A model generated the notes under the pieces. That model did no database searches and had not been told where the DNA came from. It worked only from the letters and a program-made list of their open reading frames with translations. A program made the translations under genes and the position numbers. A DNA stretch of 60,450 nucleotides from a virus. Taxonomy: Duplodnaviria > Caudoviricetes. Positions 20,901 to 30,713 of this stretch are shown here, in pieces. The DNA is taken from IMG/VR virus record IMGVR_UViG_3300032254_000005, positions 1-60,450 of that record. One strand, given 5' to 3'. Each line of letters begins with the position of its first letter. Positions within the stretch are counted from its first letter, which is position 1.

Positions 20901-21099
20901 CTTCGATCTCCTTTTTGATCTTGCGCTTTGCTTCCATCAGCGCGTCCACGTCGCCCTCCAGCAGCATGTCCACCAGTGGACCGCCGCGCCGGGCCTTCCA
21001 TGCGCCCCGCGCCTTACGGCACTCGGGACAGCAAAACTCTTGCCGGGGGTCGGCGGGCTCGAAGGCCCGGCCGCACTCATGCCATGCGCAGCGTTTCAT
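20878..21099 (-). CDS. Small zinc-finger protein
   Basis: C...ECG..F, FCCPEC. Confidence 0.65.
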   Translation of the reverse strand: MKRCAWHECGRAFEPADPRQEFCCPECRKARGAWKARRGGPLVDMLLEGDVDALMEAKRKIKKEIEDAATPTD

Positions 21100-21320
21100 G
21101 CTGTCGCCCTCGTTTGTTCCCGCACGTCGTAGCGCAGAGCCACGATAGGCTTGCCGCCCAGGTGCGGGTGCTGGCTGGCAATAGCCTTCATGGCGGAGGT
21201 AGACAGGGAGAACAGTGGGGCCGCGCCCTCGATCAAAATGGTAGCCGGGGTGATGCCGCCTCCATCCTGGACGAAAGCCAGAAGCTCCACGGATTGAATA
21301 ATCTTGCCGACTTTATCCAT
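21096..21320 (-). CDS. Hypothetical protein
   Basis: Overlapping starts and stops in the leftward operon. Confidence 0.5.
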   Translation of the reverse strand: MDKVGKIIQSVELLAFVQDGGGITPATILIEGAAPLFSLSTSAMKAIASQHPHLGGKPIVALRYDVREQTRATA

Positions 21321-21507
21321 AATAAGTCTCCGTCACGCTCTTGAAGCCGTCGTATTCCTCGCCAGTTTCGCGGCTCACCAAGCGGCAGGGGAACACTCCC
21401 ATGCCATAGGTTTCAGAATAGTTCAGATCCGAGTTGATATCTTCGCGTTGCACCTTTCGGGCCTCGGCCTCGGTGCGGTGGTAGGTTTCAGTTACCCGGT
21501 GCCCCAT
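21313..21507 (-). CDS. Hypothetical protein
   Basis: GAGG RBS, coupled overlap. Confidence 0.5.
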   Translation of the reverse strand: MGHRVTETYHRTEAEARKVQREDINSDLNYSETYGMGVFPCRLVSRETGEEYDGFKSVTETYYG

Positions 21508-21713
21508 TATCTCACCTCGCGGTCGGCGGGTTCCGACCGGTCGACAAAAACGGTTTCATGGATCAATTCCATTGCCGACCTTAATTCTTCCATTTCCCTT
21601 TTCAAGACTTCCTGGTGGTGCAGCCTATCGGGCATCCAGTAAAGCAGGCTCGCCGCGTCTGCTACGCTTTGCGCGCGGCATTTAAGGATGATTAAATTTG
21701 TGTTCCAATCCAC
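21507..21713 (-). CDS. Hypothetical protein
   Basis: AAGGAG RBS before GTG. Confidence 0.55.
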   Translation of the reverse strand: MDWNTNLIILKCRAQSVADAASLLYWMPDRLHHQEVLKREMEELRSAMELIHETVFVDRSEPADREVR

Positions 21714-21732
21714 AATCTCTCCTTTCGTGGTT

Positions 21733-22083
21733 TCAGTTACGGTCCCAGATCAGCAGCGTGGTGCCGATCACTTTCGAGGCGCTGCCCGCCATCATGTCAG
21801 AGCCGATCAGCTCCTCCGCGAAGTAGGTTTCCAGAGCCTCGAAACTCTCGAAGCGCAGGCGCAGCACAGCCTTGCCGTGCTTGTTGCGCGAGCTTTCCGC
21901 GTTGCAGAACGGCGCTTCCTTGATCTCCTGGGGCTCGGGGGCGGGCTTCGCCTCCGGCTCCTGCATGGGGTTGGGCGCGATGTAGGTGCGCGCCAGGTTG
22001 GGGTGGCCGTTCCGGTCCAATTCCCTCTCCTCGGGTTGTGCGCCGAAATCCGGCACGGTGGGGCGGTAGGGCTCGCGCGTCAT
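21733..22083 (-). CDS. Hypothetical protein
   Basis: Start MTREPY, overlapping the stop of a 42-aa ORF at 22080-22208. Confidence 0.55.
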   Translation of the reverse strand: MTREPYRPTVPDFGAQPEERELDRNGHPNLARTYIAPNPMQEPEAKPAPEPQEIKEAPFCNAESSRNKHGKAVLRLRFESFEALETYFAEELIGSDMMAGSASKVIGTTLLIWDRN

Positions 22084-22204
22084 GCGCCCGCCCTTTCCTC
22101 TGCGGCTTCGCGCAGGATGCGCTTCACCTCGTCGCACGCTTCGCGGTGCGTGGGTTTCCGGCCGAGCTTTTCGGCCAGGGCTTCCCAGATCGTCGGTTTG
22201 CAGC

Positions 22205-22663
22205 TCATATGTGCCTCCATGTTTCGCGGCTCTTTATCCGGCTGATGGTCGATGCGGTTACGGGGTAATCTTGCGCGATCTCAACAAGCGGCCTGTCGTC
22301 CGCGCGAATTGCCACAACATCGGCTTCGGTCAGTGGCGATCCTGCGCCACCTCCGTGCGTGCCGTCGGCTATCCGGTCGGCTTGGTTCTCTGCGGGTGTT
22401 GCCCAGCGCAAATGCGCAGGGTTCACGCATCGCTGATTGTGGCACACGACAGGAAGGTGGGCGCACTCATGTGCTGGGCTGGGCGGTGCCCCTTTCGCCA
22501 CCTCTAGCACGGCGCGTGCAGCAGTATTGTTTTTGCCGTCAATGCAAACGATCCCTCGATCACCCAACATTCCAAATGGCCACAAAAGGCATTCGTCACC
22601 GACGTGGCGTGCGGCTTCTTCGACAAACGCCAGCGCCTCGCCTCTCTTTGCTTTCCGATACAT
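22205..22663 (-). CDS. HNH homing endonuclease
   Basis: C..WPF, CAH....CHN..CVNP.HLRWAT..EN.AD, C-terminal HTH-like segment. Confidence 0.85.
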   Translation of the reverse strand: MYRKAKRGEALAFVEEAARHVGDECLLWPFGMLGDRGIVCIDGKNNTAARAVLEVAKGAPPSPAHECAHLPVVCHNQRCVNPAHLRWATPAENQADRIADGTHGGGAGSPLTEADVVAIRADDRPLVEIAQDYPVTASTISRIKSRETWRHI

Positions 22664-22761
22664 TGCTCACCTCCTTGCAACGCCCTATGTAACGAAAGCC
22701 GCTTGCCTCTGCAATAGATATTTTGCAAATATAAACGAGAAATTTAACAAGGAGCGAACAA
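22664..22761. promoter_or_regulatory. AT-rich divergent control region of phage B
   Basis: Strand switch; strong RBSs on both sides (AAGGAGGT on minus, AAGGAG on plus); AT-rich core. Confidence 0.6.
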
Positions 22762-23124
22762 GTGACTGAGAACGCAGACGAAAAAATCCTCGCCAGGGCG
22801 CAAGAAATCAAGGCAGAGCGCAACATCAGCCTGACCGACGCGATGATCCGCGCAGAGGAGGAGCTGGCACCGAAGCCGACGGTCCCGGCCGACTTCACGG
22901 TGACGATCCCGGTCAAGCCCAGGGTCGCGCGGTGGATCGTGGAGGAGTTTGCGCCGACCAAGACGCACACCACCGAGGAGCGCCTGGCGGCATATCTCGG
23001 CATTATCCTGAACCGGGCTCGCGTCACGGCGATGCGCTTTGCCGAGGATGCGCCGGATATCCAGGAGGGCGGCGCGGTCACGCTTCGCCGCGAGCAATTC
23101 CAGCAGAAGGCACCGAAGGCATGA
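22762..23124 (+). CDS. Hypothetical protein (possible DNA-binding regulator)
   Basis: First rightward gene, AAGGAG RBS. Confidence 0.6.
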   Translation: MTENADEKILARAQEIKAERNISLTDAMIRAEEELAPKPTVPADFTVTIPVKPRVARWIVEEFAPTKTHTTEERLAAYLGIILNRARVTAMRFAEDAPDIQEGGAVTLRREQFQQKAPKA

Positions 23125-23718
23125 ACGTGAAAGAGTTGCGCGAGCGGCTTTCGGAGCTGCCAGACTGGATGGACGTGCATGTGGAAAGCAACGACTTCAC
23201 AGCTCCTGTGGATGAGGTCAGGGAGACAGGTGGTGTCGTGCAGATATCAGCCGATCTTGATTTCGACGTCTGGGAGGGTTGGGAATGAGGCTTGATCTTG
23301 TAAAGGACCGCATCAGGGGGGGGTGGAGCCTTTATGTCAGCGTCCCGACGCATGGTCGCACATGCTGCCGCTACAGCCTGCGCGACGGCACCGAGGTGTC
23401 ACCGGAGCAATTCCAGAAGCTACGCGCCGATCTGGTGGAGCTGGACCCGCCACTTCTGCCCGGCTGTCACCCACTCAGCTACAAATGGAGGGCTGACCAA
23501 TGAACCTCACGATCCAGAACGCGGGGCCGGTCCTTGCGGCCGATCTCAATGTGCTGGGGGCGGCGGTCAAGATCATCTTGGCCGGTGGCTCCAGCCTCAA
23601 CGAAACCGAGATGAAGCGCGCAAGCGGGGCAAGCTATCATCTGTGGAAATCCAAGGGTGATGCGATCACCTCCTTAGTGCAACATCTGGAGGCGGTGCCG
23701 GAACCGTCTGGGCGGTAA
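23121..23718 (+). CDS. Three small coupled hypothetical ORFs (23121-23288, 23285-23503, 23500-23718)
   Basis: Successive ATGA overlaps. Confidence 0.5.
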
Positions 23719-23722
23719 TCCC

Positions 23723-24586
23723 ATGAGACAATTTGGCATCATCTCAAGCTCGATCTGGCGCAGCAAGCGCTTTCGGCAGCTCACCACAGACCTGGCCCGG
23801 CTGACCTATCTCTACCTACACACCACGACGCACGGCAACAGCGCCGGGGCCTTTGTCCTGCCGCCCGAGATGGCGGCACTGGAGCTGAAAGTGCCGAGCG
23901 AGGACGTGCGCGCATCCTTCATCGAATTGGCCGAGTGCAGGCTGATCCGATACGACCCAGAGGAGGAGCTGATCCAGATCGTCAACTTCTTCCGCTTCAA
24001 CTCGATATCAAGCCGCAAGCACTTGGCCGGGCCTGTGCGTATTATCCAGGCATTGCCGCAATCGCCGGTCAGGGACTGCGCCGCATGTGATCTGATAATG
24101 GCAATGTTTGAACGCCGCGAAGAATGGCGCGAGAAAGCATCAAGGCTTAAGCGTAGCGAACATCGAAGCGATCATACCGACGCCGGGAAAATCCTGGAAG
24201 CAATGGGCGGTTTCGACGGCACCGCAGCGGATATCATCAAGGAAATGAAGCTCGAACCTATGCTCTTATCGCAAGAAATCGGGATCGACGGACACACGCT
24301 CGACCGCCTCGGAGAAGCCCTACTGATACCCCTATCTCATACCACTATCGAAAGCCCTAGCGATACAACGGAAACGGAAAAGACAACGGAAAAGACAACG
24401 GAGAAGGATAAGACCAAGACCACGGATAAGACCACGACCACGGAGAGGGGGGTGCAGGGGGGAGAGGGTCCGAAAAGCTGCCCTCCCTCCCCGCCCGCTG
24501 ATAGCGGTCGGTCGGGCAGCACGAACGTCGGGGATGAAGCGCTCAGACATCTACGGCAACGCTTGGCAGAACGAGGGGAAAGGTGA
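23723..24586 (+). CDS. Phage replication initiator-like protein
   Basis: IW.S..F..L...ARL.YLYL.T..H.N.AG.F.LP N-terminus; internal T/E/K repeat linker. Confidence 0.7.
   Translation: MRQFGIISSSIWRSKRFRQLTTDLARLTYLYLHTTTHGNSAGAFVLPPEMAALELKVPSEDVRASFIELAECRLIRYDPEEELIQIVNFFRFNSISSRKHLAGPVRIIQALPQSPVRDCAACDLIMAMFERREEWREKASRLKRSEHRSDHTDAGKILEAMGGFDGTAADIIKEMKLEPMLLSQEIGIDGHTLDRLGEALLIPLSHTTIESPSDTTETEKTTEKTTEKDKTKTTDKTTTTERGVQGGEGPKSCPPSPPADSGRSGSTNVGDEALRHLRQRLAERGER
24365..24446 (+). repeat. Iteron-like direct repeats (candidate origin)
   Basis: acggaaaagaca x2 plus variants, ggataagacca x2, inside the rep gene. Confidence 0.6.
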
Positions 24587-25071
24587 TGGCAGATCGAGGC
24601 AAGCTCGCACTCACCGATCCAGAGCAGGTCGAGGCGCAGATCGAGGCTTACTTTCTCAGTAGGATGCGCAAGCGCTATGTCCCGACAGGTAAGGTCGATG
24701 GGCAAATGATCTACGAGGAGGAGGAATACATGGCTCCGCCAACGATGGCAGGGCTCGCGCTCGCGCTTGGTGTGACCAGGACCACGATCCTCTATTACAG
24801 CAAAGGCGAGGGGAACCGGGATGAAAGTTTGATCCCGATCATTGCACGCGCGAAGGGTCGGATAGCTGAATGGTGGGAGGAAGCGCTGGCGAACAGGGAA
24901 GCCTCTAACGGGGCCAAGTTCGCCCTGGAAGTGAACCACGGCTATGGCCGAGAAGATCGAGAAAGCGGTACGGGCGATGGTTTCGAGGTGAATGTGATCC
25001 CGCCAGCAGCAGGGGAACAGCTCAAGGCGATCCCTAAATGGAAACCGGAAGGAGACGACGATGGCGAATGA
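24586..25071 (+). CDS. terS: Terminase small subunit (P22 gp3-like)
   Basis: I.AYF, PPTMAGLALALGV.R.T..YY, GAKF.L..N.GY. Confidence 0.8.
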   Translation: MADRGKLALTDPEQVEAQIEAYFLSRMRKRYVPTGKVDGQMIYEEEEYMAPPTMAGLALALGVTRTTILYYSKGEGNRDESLIPIIARAKGRIAEWWEEALANREASNGAKFALEVNHGYGREDRESGTGDGFEVNVIPPAAGEQLKAIPKWKPEGDDDGE

Positions 25072-25704
25072 ATGGAGGTGCTACGGGTGCGGCACGGTAT
25101 GGGGCGACGGTTTATCTGATCCAGCGTGTCGGTGTGCGACGGCTTTTACCCATCAACGCGAGGTGAAAGGCAGCTTGCGGTCGAAAGTGGATCATCTCGC
25201 GCCGCTGGACAGCCCAGGAGCGCCGCGTGGGCGCGCCATGGGTCATTCGCGGGTCGAGGGTGCCGAGAACAGAGAAGCCCACTCAGCGGCCAGCACAGGA
25301 GGAGCAAGTGACTTGCCCAAGCTGTGGAGCCAAGAGGAGCTGGATGCAGACTGGCCGGAAGGATCGGGGCTGTTTGTGTGGGGGGCTGTCGGCCTGATCG
25401 CGTGGCTCGTTGCCGGGGGAGTTCTGGTATGGCTGGTTTAAAGCAGGAGTTGCGCGTCGAGCGTATGGATAGCGGCAGCGAGGAGGCGGTGATCGCCAAA
25501 GCACTAGACCGCGTGGAGCCGGGCGACCTAGTGGTGTATCATCGCGGCACGTCGGGCTCTGCGCCTCAATCCATCAAGGCGGCGGCGATGCTTTTGCATG
25601 ATCGCGGGCTCTGCCTCCTGACGCAGCGGATCACGGCCGAGCGCAACCAGGACGGTGAGCGGATCGTGGATTACCTGGCGATCAAGACGAGGGGCAAGCG
25701 GTGA
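25061..25704 (+). CDS. Two hypothetical ORFs (25061-25441 with CxxC and C-terminal TM; 25429-25704)
   Basis: Overlapping co-oriented ORFs. Confidence 0.5.
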
Positions 25705-26468
25705 TGTTTGAACGAGACACGAATGGAGTGCTGCATCTAGTCGGATTGTCTGGAGGCCATGACAGCACGCTTATGTCCTTCCTCCTCAAGGAACGCGAGC
25801 CGCGACCATACACCTACGTTTGCACGCCGACGGGAAACGAGCTGCCGGATATGTTCGAGTTCTGGCGCTGGCTCGGGTCGGACAACGCGCTGGGCAAGCC
25901 GCTGATCCCGGTTCTTGGTGGCACACTGGAGGGCGTAATCGAGCAAGAGGGTATGCTCCCTAACTTCCGCGCCAGGTTTTGCACGCGTATCCTCAAGATC
26001 AAGCCGTTTGAAGCCCTACTGACAGAGCAGGCCAAAATTGGGCCGGTGGTCGCCTACGTCGGGTTGCGCTCCGATGAGCCAGCAAGGGTCGGCGGTGTTT
26101 ACGCTCAGATATCAAACGTCGAGACGCGGACGCCGCTGCGCGAGTGGGGCTATGATGACCCTCGCGTTCTTTCAGAGCTTGCGGAGCGCGGCATCCAGGT
26201 GCCGCGTCGGACGGATTGCGCCCTGTGCTACCACCAACGCATCGGTGAGTGGTGGCTGCTATGGCGAGATCACCCAGAGGAGTTTGCAAAGGGCGAGGCA
26301 ATGGAGGCGGATATGGGTGCGACGTTCAGGACGCCAGGACGTGATAGCTGGCCCTCGTCGCTTTCGGAAATGCGGGCAAGGTTTGAGGCTGGAGACGTTC
26401 CCGAGCGTAGCTTGAAAAGGATGGAGCGCGAAGCGATGACGGGGCAATGCCGGGTGTGCTCGCTGTGA
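25704..26468 (+). CDS. PAPS reductase-family (PP-loop) protein
   Basis: VGLSGGHDS, RFCT..LK..P, GLR.DE..R, C..C. Confidence 0.8.
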   Translation: MFERDTNGVLHLVGLSGGHDSTLMSFLLKEREPRPYTYVCTPTGNELPDMFEFWRWLGSDNALGKPLIPVLGGTLEGVIEQEGMLPNFRARFCTRILKIKPFEALLTEQAKIGPVVAYVGLRSDEPARVGGVYAQISNVETRTPLREWGYDDPRVLSELAERGIQVPRRTDCALCYHQRIGEWWLLWRDHPEEFAKGEAMEADMGATFRTPGRDSWPSSLSEMRARFEAGDVPERSLKRMEREAMTGQCRVCSL

Positions 26469-26559
26469 CGGGATATCGGATCATAGGACGAGTAACGCTG
26501 GCGGTGACGAGTATCGCTGGCGTTCTCCATCTCGGGGCCACGGTGTTGGAGATGTTCGG

Positions 26560-28197
26560 ATGGTGACGCAGACATGGACCTACGAGACGAGCCCGGTGGC
26601 CTGGGCCTACAAGCTCGACCGTTCGTTCGCGTCGTTCATCATCGGGCCGGTCGGCTCGGGCAAGTCGGTGCCCAGCCTGCAACGCATCCTCGATCTTGGC
26701 CAAGAGCAAGCGCCCAGCGCCGACGGCAAGAAGCGTAGCCGCTTTGCGATCATCCGCAACACCATGCCGGAGCTGCGGTCCACCACGGCCGTGACCTATC
26801 AGCAGATTTACCCATCTGACGCCTTTGGGGATATCATCTGGCGATCACCGGCCACGCACATGATCGAGCCGCGCGGATTGGACCTGGAGATTGAGGTCAA
26901 CCTGGTTGCGCTCGACAAGCCCAAGGACGTGAAGAAGCTTCTATCGCTGGAGCTGACCGGGGCCTTCATCAACGAGATGCGCGAGGTGCCGCGATCCGTT
27001 ATCACTCGCCTGACCGAGCGTGTCGGCCGGTTCGGGGTGAACGAGCGCCCGACCACCTGGAGCGGCATTTGGGGCGACACCAACCCGCCCGACGCCGATC
27101 ATTGGCTCTACGGCTGGCATCACCGCGAGACGCCCGAGGGCTACAGCTTCCACCAGCAACCGCCCGGCGTCCTGGAGGTGAAGCCCAGGGGCGGCGGTGC
27201 CGAGATTGTGGACGAGAATTTCCCCGAGTATCAGGGCGTGCGCCTCACGTCTGCCGAGGTGCTGATCTGGTATCGCGGCAAGGTGCGGCGTGTCGAGTGC
27301 CCTATCGAGGTGATCCGAGCGGCGGATCGGTTCTGGATCGTGAACCCTTGGCAGGAGAACCTGGTTGCGCTGTCCCGCGTCGATGCTGGCTCGAACCCGC
27401 TCGGGGTGCGGAGCTACTACGGCCGCGCGCTGGCAGGCAAGACGCTGGAGGAAATCCAGAGCTATCTCCAGGGCGTCTACACGTTCGTGACGGATGGGCG
27501 GCGCGTGGTCCCGCAATATAACGGCCAGGTGCATGGCGTCGATCACCTGCCCGTCATGCCCGACGAGCCGATCTACATCGGGGCCGACATTGGCGGCGGC
27601 ACGCTCCAACCTTCGGCACTCCTGTTCCAGCGGCATCCCAAGGGCGTGCTGCTCGCGCACCGCGAGGTAGTGTGCTTCGACATGGGGATCAAGCGCTTTG
27701 GTGAGCTGGTGGGCGAGGCTCTGGTCAAGCACTTCCCAGATCACGTCGCCAAGGGGCTGACCGGCAAGGGCTGGGGCGATCCGGCCGGTGGCAAGCGGGA
27801 CGAGATATTCGAGACGGCGAGCTTCGACTGGCTGCGCTCGCAGCACGGCATCAACCTGGAGCCCGCGCCAACCCAAGACCCGAAGATGCGGATCGCGGCG
27901 CTGGCCGGGCCATGCGAGCGGATGATCGAGGGCAAGCCTGGGCTCCTGGTCAACAAGCGCAACTGTCCGATGCTGCACAAGGGTCTCATGGGTGCCTGGT
28001 ACTTCAAGCGGCTGGCCGTGTCTGGCGATGATCGCTATGCCGACAAGCCCTCCAAGAACGACGAAAGCCACATCTGCGACGGGGCGGGCTATGGCTTCCT
28101 GGGCGTGGGCGAGTTCGACCGTCTCGGCGGGCGCAGGACCGACGGCCAGGGCGGCGGATCGTTCCAGGCAGATGGTGATTGGGACGTTTTTGCATGA
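26560..28197 (+). CDS. terL: Terminase large subunit, phage B
   Basis: GPVGSGKS, IIRNT..ELR.TT, SLELTGAFINE, DTNPP, GDPAG, SHICDG. Confidence 0.92.
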   Translation: MVTQTWTYETSPVAWAYKLDRSFASFIIGPVGSGKSVPSLQRILDLGQEQAPSADGKKRSRFAIIRNTMPELRSTTAVTYQQIYPSDAFGDIIWRSPATHMIEPRGLDLEIEVNLVALDKPKDVKKLLSLELTGAFINEMREVPRSVITRLTERVGRFGVNERPTTWSGIWGDTNPPDADHWLYGWHHRETPEGYSFHQQPPGVLEVKPRGGGAEIVDENFPEYQGVRLTSAEVLIWYRGKVRRVECPIEVIRAADRFWIVNPWQENLVALSRVDAGSNPLGVRSYYGRALAGKTLEEIQSYLQGVYTFVTDGRRVVPQYNGQVHGVDHLPVMPDEPIYIGADIGGGTLQPSALLFQRHPKGVLLAHREVVCFDMGIKRFGELVGEALVKHFPDHVAKGLTGKGWGDPAGGKRDEIFETASFDWLRSQHGINLEPAPTQDPKMRIAALAGPCERMIEGKPGLLVNKRNCPMLHKGLMGAWYFKRLAVSGDDRYADKPSKNDESHICDGAGYGFLGVGEFDRLGGRRTDGQGGGSFQADGDWDVFA

Positions 28198-28221
28198 AAA
28201 AGCCCGGCACAAACCGGGCTT
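28197..28221 (-). terminator. Terminator between convergent genes
   Basis: aagcccgg-cacaaa-ccgggctt; the A run gives a U tract on the minus strand. Confidence 0.7.
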
Positions 28222-28247
28222 GATCGTCTATTTTTTTTAGGTAGATT

Positions 28248-28532
28248 TCAGCCGGAGCCGTCGCCGTCGCCGTCGCCGTAGCCGTAGCCGGAGCCGTAGC
28301 CGTAGCCGGAGCCGGAGCCGTAGCCGTAGCCGGAGCCGGAGCCGGAGCCGTAGCCGTAGCCGGAGCCGGAGCCGTCGCCGGAGCCGGAGCCGGAGCCGGA
28401 GCCGTCGCCGGAGCCGTCGCCGGAGCCGGAGCCGGAGCCGGAGCCGTCGCCGGAGCCGTCGCCGGAGCCGGAGCCATAGCCGTTTTCAGCGAATTGGTCG
28501 TTGGTCAGCTTCACTGCATCATGAAGGGTCAT
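28248..28532 (-). CDS. Glycine-rich (G-S/D/Y)n protein
   Basis: MTLHDAVKLTNDQFAEN then GYGSGSGDG...; overlaps the upstream gene's 3' end. Confidence 0.7.
   Translation of the reverse strand: MTLHDAVKLTNDQFAENGYGSGSGDGSGDGSGSGSGSGDGSGDGSGSGSGSGDGSGSGYGYGSGSGSGYGYGSGSGYGYGSGYGYGDGDGDGSG
28250..28481. repeat. Hexamer tandem array gccgga/gccgtc/gccgta
   Basis: Directly visible over about 230 bp. Confidence 0.97.
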
Positions 28533-28902
28533 ATTCAGGAGCCCCCAAGATGGACTGACCGGCTGCGGCGGTGGTCGAGATGATTTCGCAGGCGTCCAAG
28601 ACGACGATTTCGCCAAGCTTCCCGGCAATTTTGCTGCCCTCTGCATTCACGCCATGCAGCGCAACGCCAGAAAGAGTGTGGCCTTTCGCGGCCTTCCAAT
28701 ACCAAAGGCGGCGCGACCCGGTGAGGCGAACAGTGCGATCCTGAACGCTTACCAGTGTGCCCGCGTGAACGCCGCTATCACGGCTGCGAACGACCACGAA
28801 TTGACCGATAAGCTGGTCTGCCGGGTGGCTTGTCGGTGATTGATCGGACCCTCTACCGAGGATTTCAGCCAGGGCTGTGAGCTTGTTAAGGTCGATTTGC
28901 AT
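28519..28902 (-). CDS. DUF6948-like Sm-fold protein
   Basis: VVVRS..SGVH.G.L, V.L..SRRLWYW, TLS.VA..G, EII. Confidence 0.75.
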   Translation of the reverse strand: MQIDLNKLTALAEILGRGSDQSPTSHPADQLIGQFVVVRSRDSGVHAGTLVSVQDRTVRLTGSRRLWYWKAAKGHTLSGVALHGVNAEGSKIAGKLGEIVVLDACEIISTTAAAGQSILGAPEYDPS

Positions 28903-28946
28903 TTGCTTTCCTTTTGTTGGGGTGTGGTGCGTATTACGCGGGATGG

Positions 28947-28986
28947 ACGATAAATCTTGACTGTGCAGCTTGTCAAGGTGTATGTC
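28947..28986. promoter_or_regulatory. Overlapping divergent sigma70-like promoters
   Basis: Minus TTGACA-N18-TATCGT; plus TTGACT-N18-TATGTC; at a strand switch. Confidence 0.55.
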
Positions 28987-29015
28987 GTTCCGAACAAAAC
29001 AAGGGAATTGTGATC

Positions 29016-29827
29016 ATGGCCGAGGACGTTGTGCAGCGGAGTGAGGTTGACGCACCTTGGCGGCGCTTCACAAAATCCGAAGAAGAACAACGGCTTATCG
29101 TATTGGACACGCGGATCGAGCGCAGAAAAGCGATCCTTGAATGGGATCAGCGCGAGCGAACCAGGATCATGCACCGGGCGATCCGCCGGATGCGCAGAGC
29201 GGAGGGGAAGGAATGAAGATCAAGGCCGAGATGGGCGCTTATTCCAGCGTGGTGGGCAACAGCGTCCACCTGATCGCGGATGATGGGCGGATGATCGGAC
29301 AGATGGCGATCTTGTGCCACACGGACGATCTGCGAGGCAAGGAAACGCAGGCCAAGCTTTGCCGGGTAATCTGTGACGCGATTAACGCTGAGGCGACCGA
29401 TGGGTGATGCGATCTGGAGGGCGTTGGCGATACTGCCGGGACTGCCCGAGCTGGGTGCGTATCCCACGCCGCTGGAGTGCGCCGAGGCGGCGGATTACTT
29501 CGCCGGGGTTCTTGGGGTGGCGGTGCAATGCTTCGTGGCGGTGCCTGCATGAGCGAGGCTATGTTCATCTGCGAGGGGTGCGGCAAGGTCTACCCCGAAA
29601 CCTGCCCGACGTGCCCAGATCGCGGCCACGGCCGGGGTGTAACGGTCCACCAGATCAAGCAAGCGCTGCGCGACAGCCCAACGGTTGGTGACGTGAACCA
29701 CGCGGCCAAACACTACGGGCAACACGTTGCGATCCTGGATCGCGAGGGCGGCAATGCTCGAACGATGGCGATCCAGATCAAGAACCTGGCGAGCTATCGA
29801 CGCCGGGAGCTAGGGTATCGGCCATGA
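29016..29827 (+). CDS. Cluster of small hypothetical ORFs (29016-29216, 29213-29407, 29549-29827 with CxxC)
   Basis: Coupled overlaps. Confidence 0.45.
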
Positions 29828-30255
29828 GTAACCGCATGACAGCCGCCCAGCTCCAGGCGTTCTACAAGGCCGACGGCGACCACAGAGCGCCGCGCCAGGA
29901 CCGGGAGGGGCCGATCCACAAGGGTATCCTCCAGCTCCTCGATCTCGCGTTGCCAGGCGATGCGATCTACCACCACAGCCCGAACGAGCTGGACATGGCC
30001 GGGCCGGAGGCCGCGCGACAGATCGCCAAGGCGCGCAAGCTGGGCACCAAGGCAGGCTGGACAGATATAGAAATAGTGTGGCAAGGTAGGTTTTACGGGA
30101 TTGAGGTCAAAGCCCTAGGCGGTCGCGTTTCATCGGCTCAAGCCGAAACGCACGCCGATCTGCGAAGGGCTGGGGCATTAGTGGCCGTGGTTTCGTCCGT
30201 GTCTGAAATGAGGGAGGTTCTCGGCCAATGGGGATTGCTTTGCCGCCAGGTGTGA
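29824..30255 (+). CDS. VRR-NUC / PD-(D/E)XK nuclease (resolvase-like)
   Basis: H.PNE, G.KAG..D, IEVK..GR.S.AQ. Confidence 0.85.
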   Translation: MSNRMTAAQLQAFYKADGDHRAPRQDREGPIHKGILQLLDLALPGDAIYHHSPNELDMAGPEAARQIAKARKLGTKAGWTDIEIVWQGRFYGIEVKALGGRVSSAQAETHADLRRAGALVAVVSSVSEMREVLGQWGLLCRQV

Positions 30256-30713
30256 CGCTCAACGAGGCGCGCAACCATTTGCAATACGATGCGAGCACGG
30301 GTCAATTCACCCGCCTTACAGGGCACACCGCTGGCGGCAAAGTGGGGCGCACTGATGGGAAAGGCTATACCCAGATTGGCCTATGCGGCAGGAGATACAT
30401 GGCGCACCGTCTCGCGTGGTGGTTCCATCACGGGGGTTGGCCGCACGACCAAATAGACCATCTCAATGGCGACAAAGCCGACAACAGGATAGCTAACCTC
30501 GAAGTGGTCAACCAGACAACAAACCTGCTTCGGCGCGGCAGAAGGAAAGATAACACGAGCGGGACGCCCGGTGTCTCAAGGCACAAGGCAACAGGGAAGT
30601 GGGCGGCGTACATTTGCGTCAACAAAAACCTACGCCACCTCGGGCTGTTTGCTAAAAAAGCAGAGGCAATTGAGGCACGCAAAGCGGCGCTGAAATCATG
30701 GGGGCTGATATGA
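30228..30713 (+). CDS. HNH endonuclease with AP2-like C-terminus
   Basis: AHRLAW, IDHLNG.K.DNRI.NL, NTSG..GV, W.A.I...LG.F. Confidence 0.88.
   Translation: MGIALPPGVTLNEARNHLQYDASTGQFTRLTGHTAGGKVGRTDGKGYTQIGLCGRRYMAHRLAWWFHHGGWPHDQIDHLNGDKADNRIANLEVVNQTTNLLRRGRRKDNTSGTPGVSRHKATGKWAAYICVNKNLRHLGLFAKKAEAIEARKAALKSWGLI

Noticed and set aside
26941-28212. 423-aa minus-strand ORF
   Set aside because: Antisense shadow of TerL in high-GC DNA
28004-28477. Pro/Ala/Thr repeat ORF
   Set aside because: Alternative frame of the hexamer array; overlaps TerL and the terminator
28250-28481. Possible CRISPR array
   Set aside because: Hexamer coding repeat without unique spacers; no cas genes in the window
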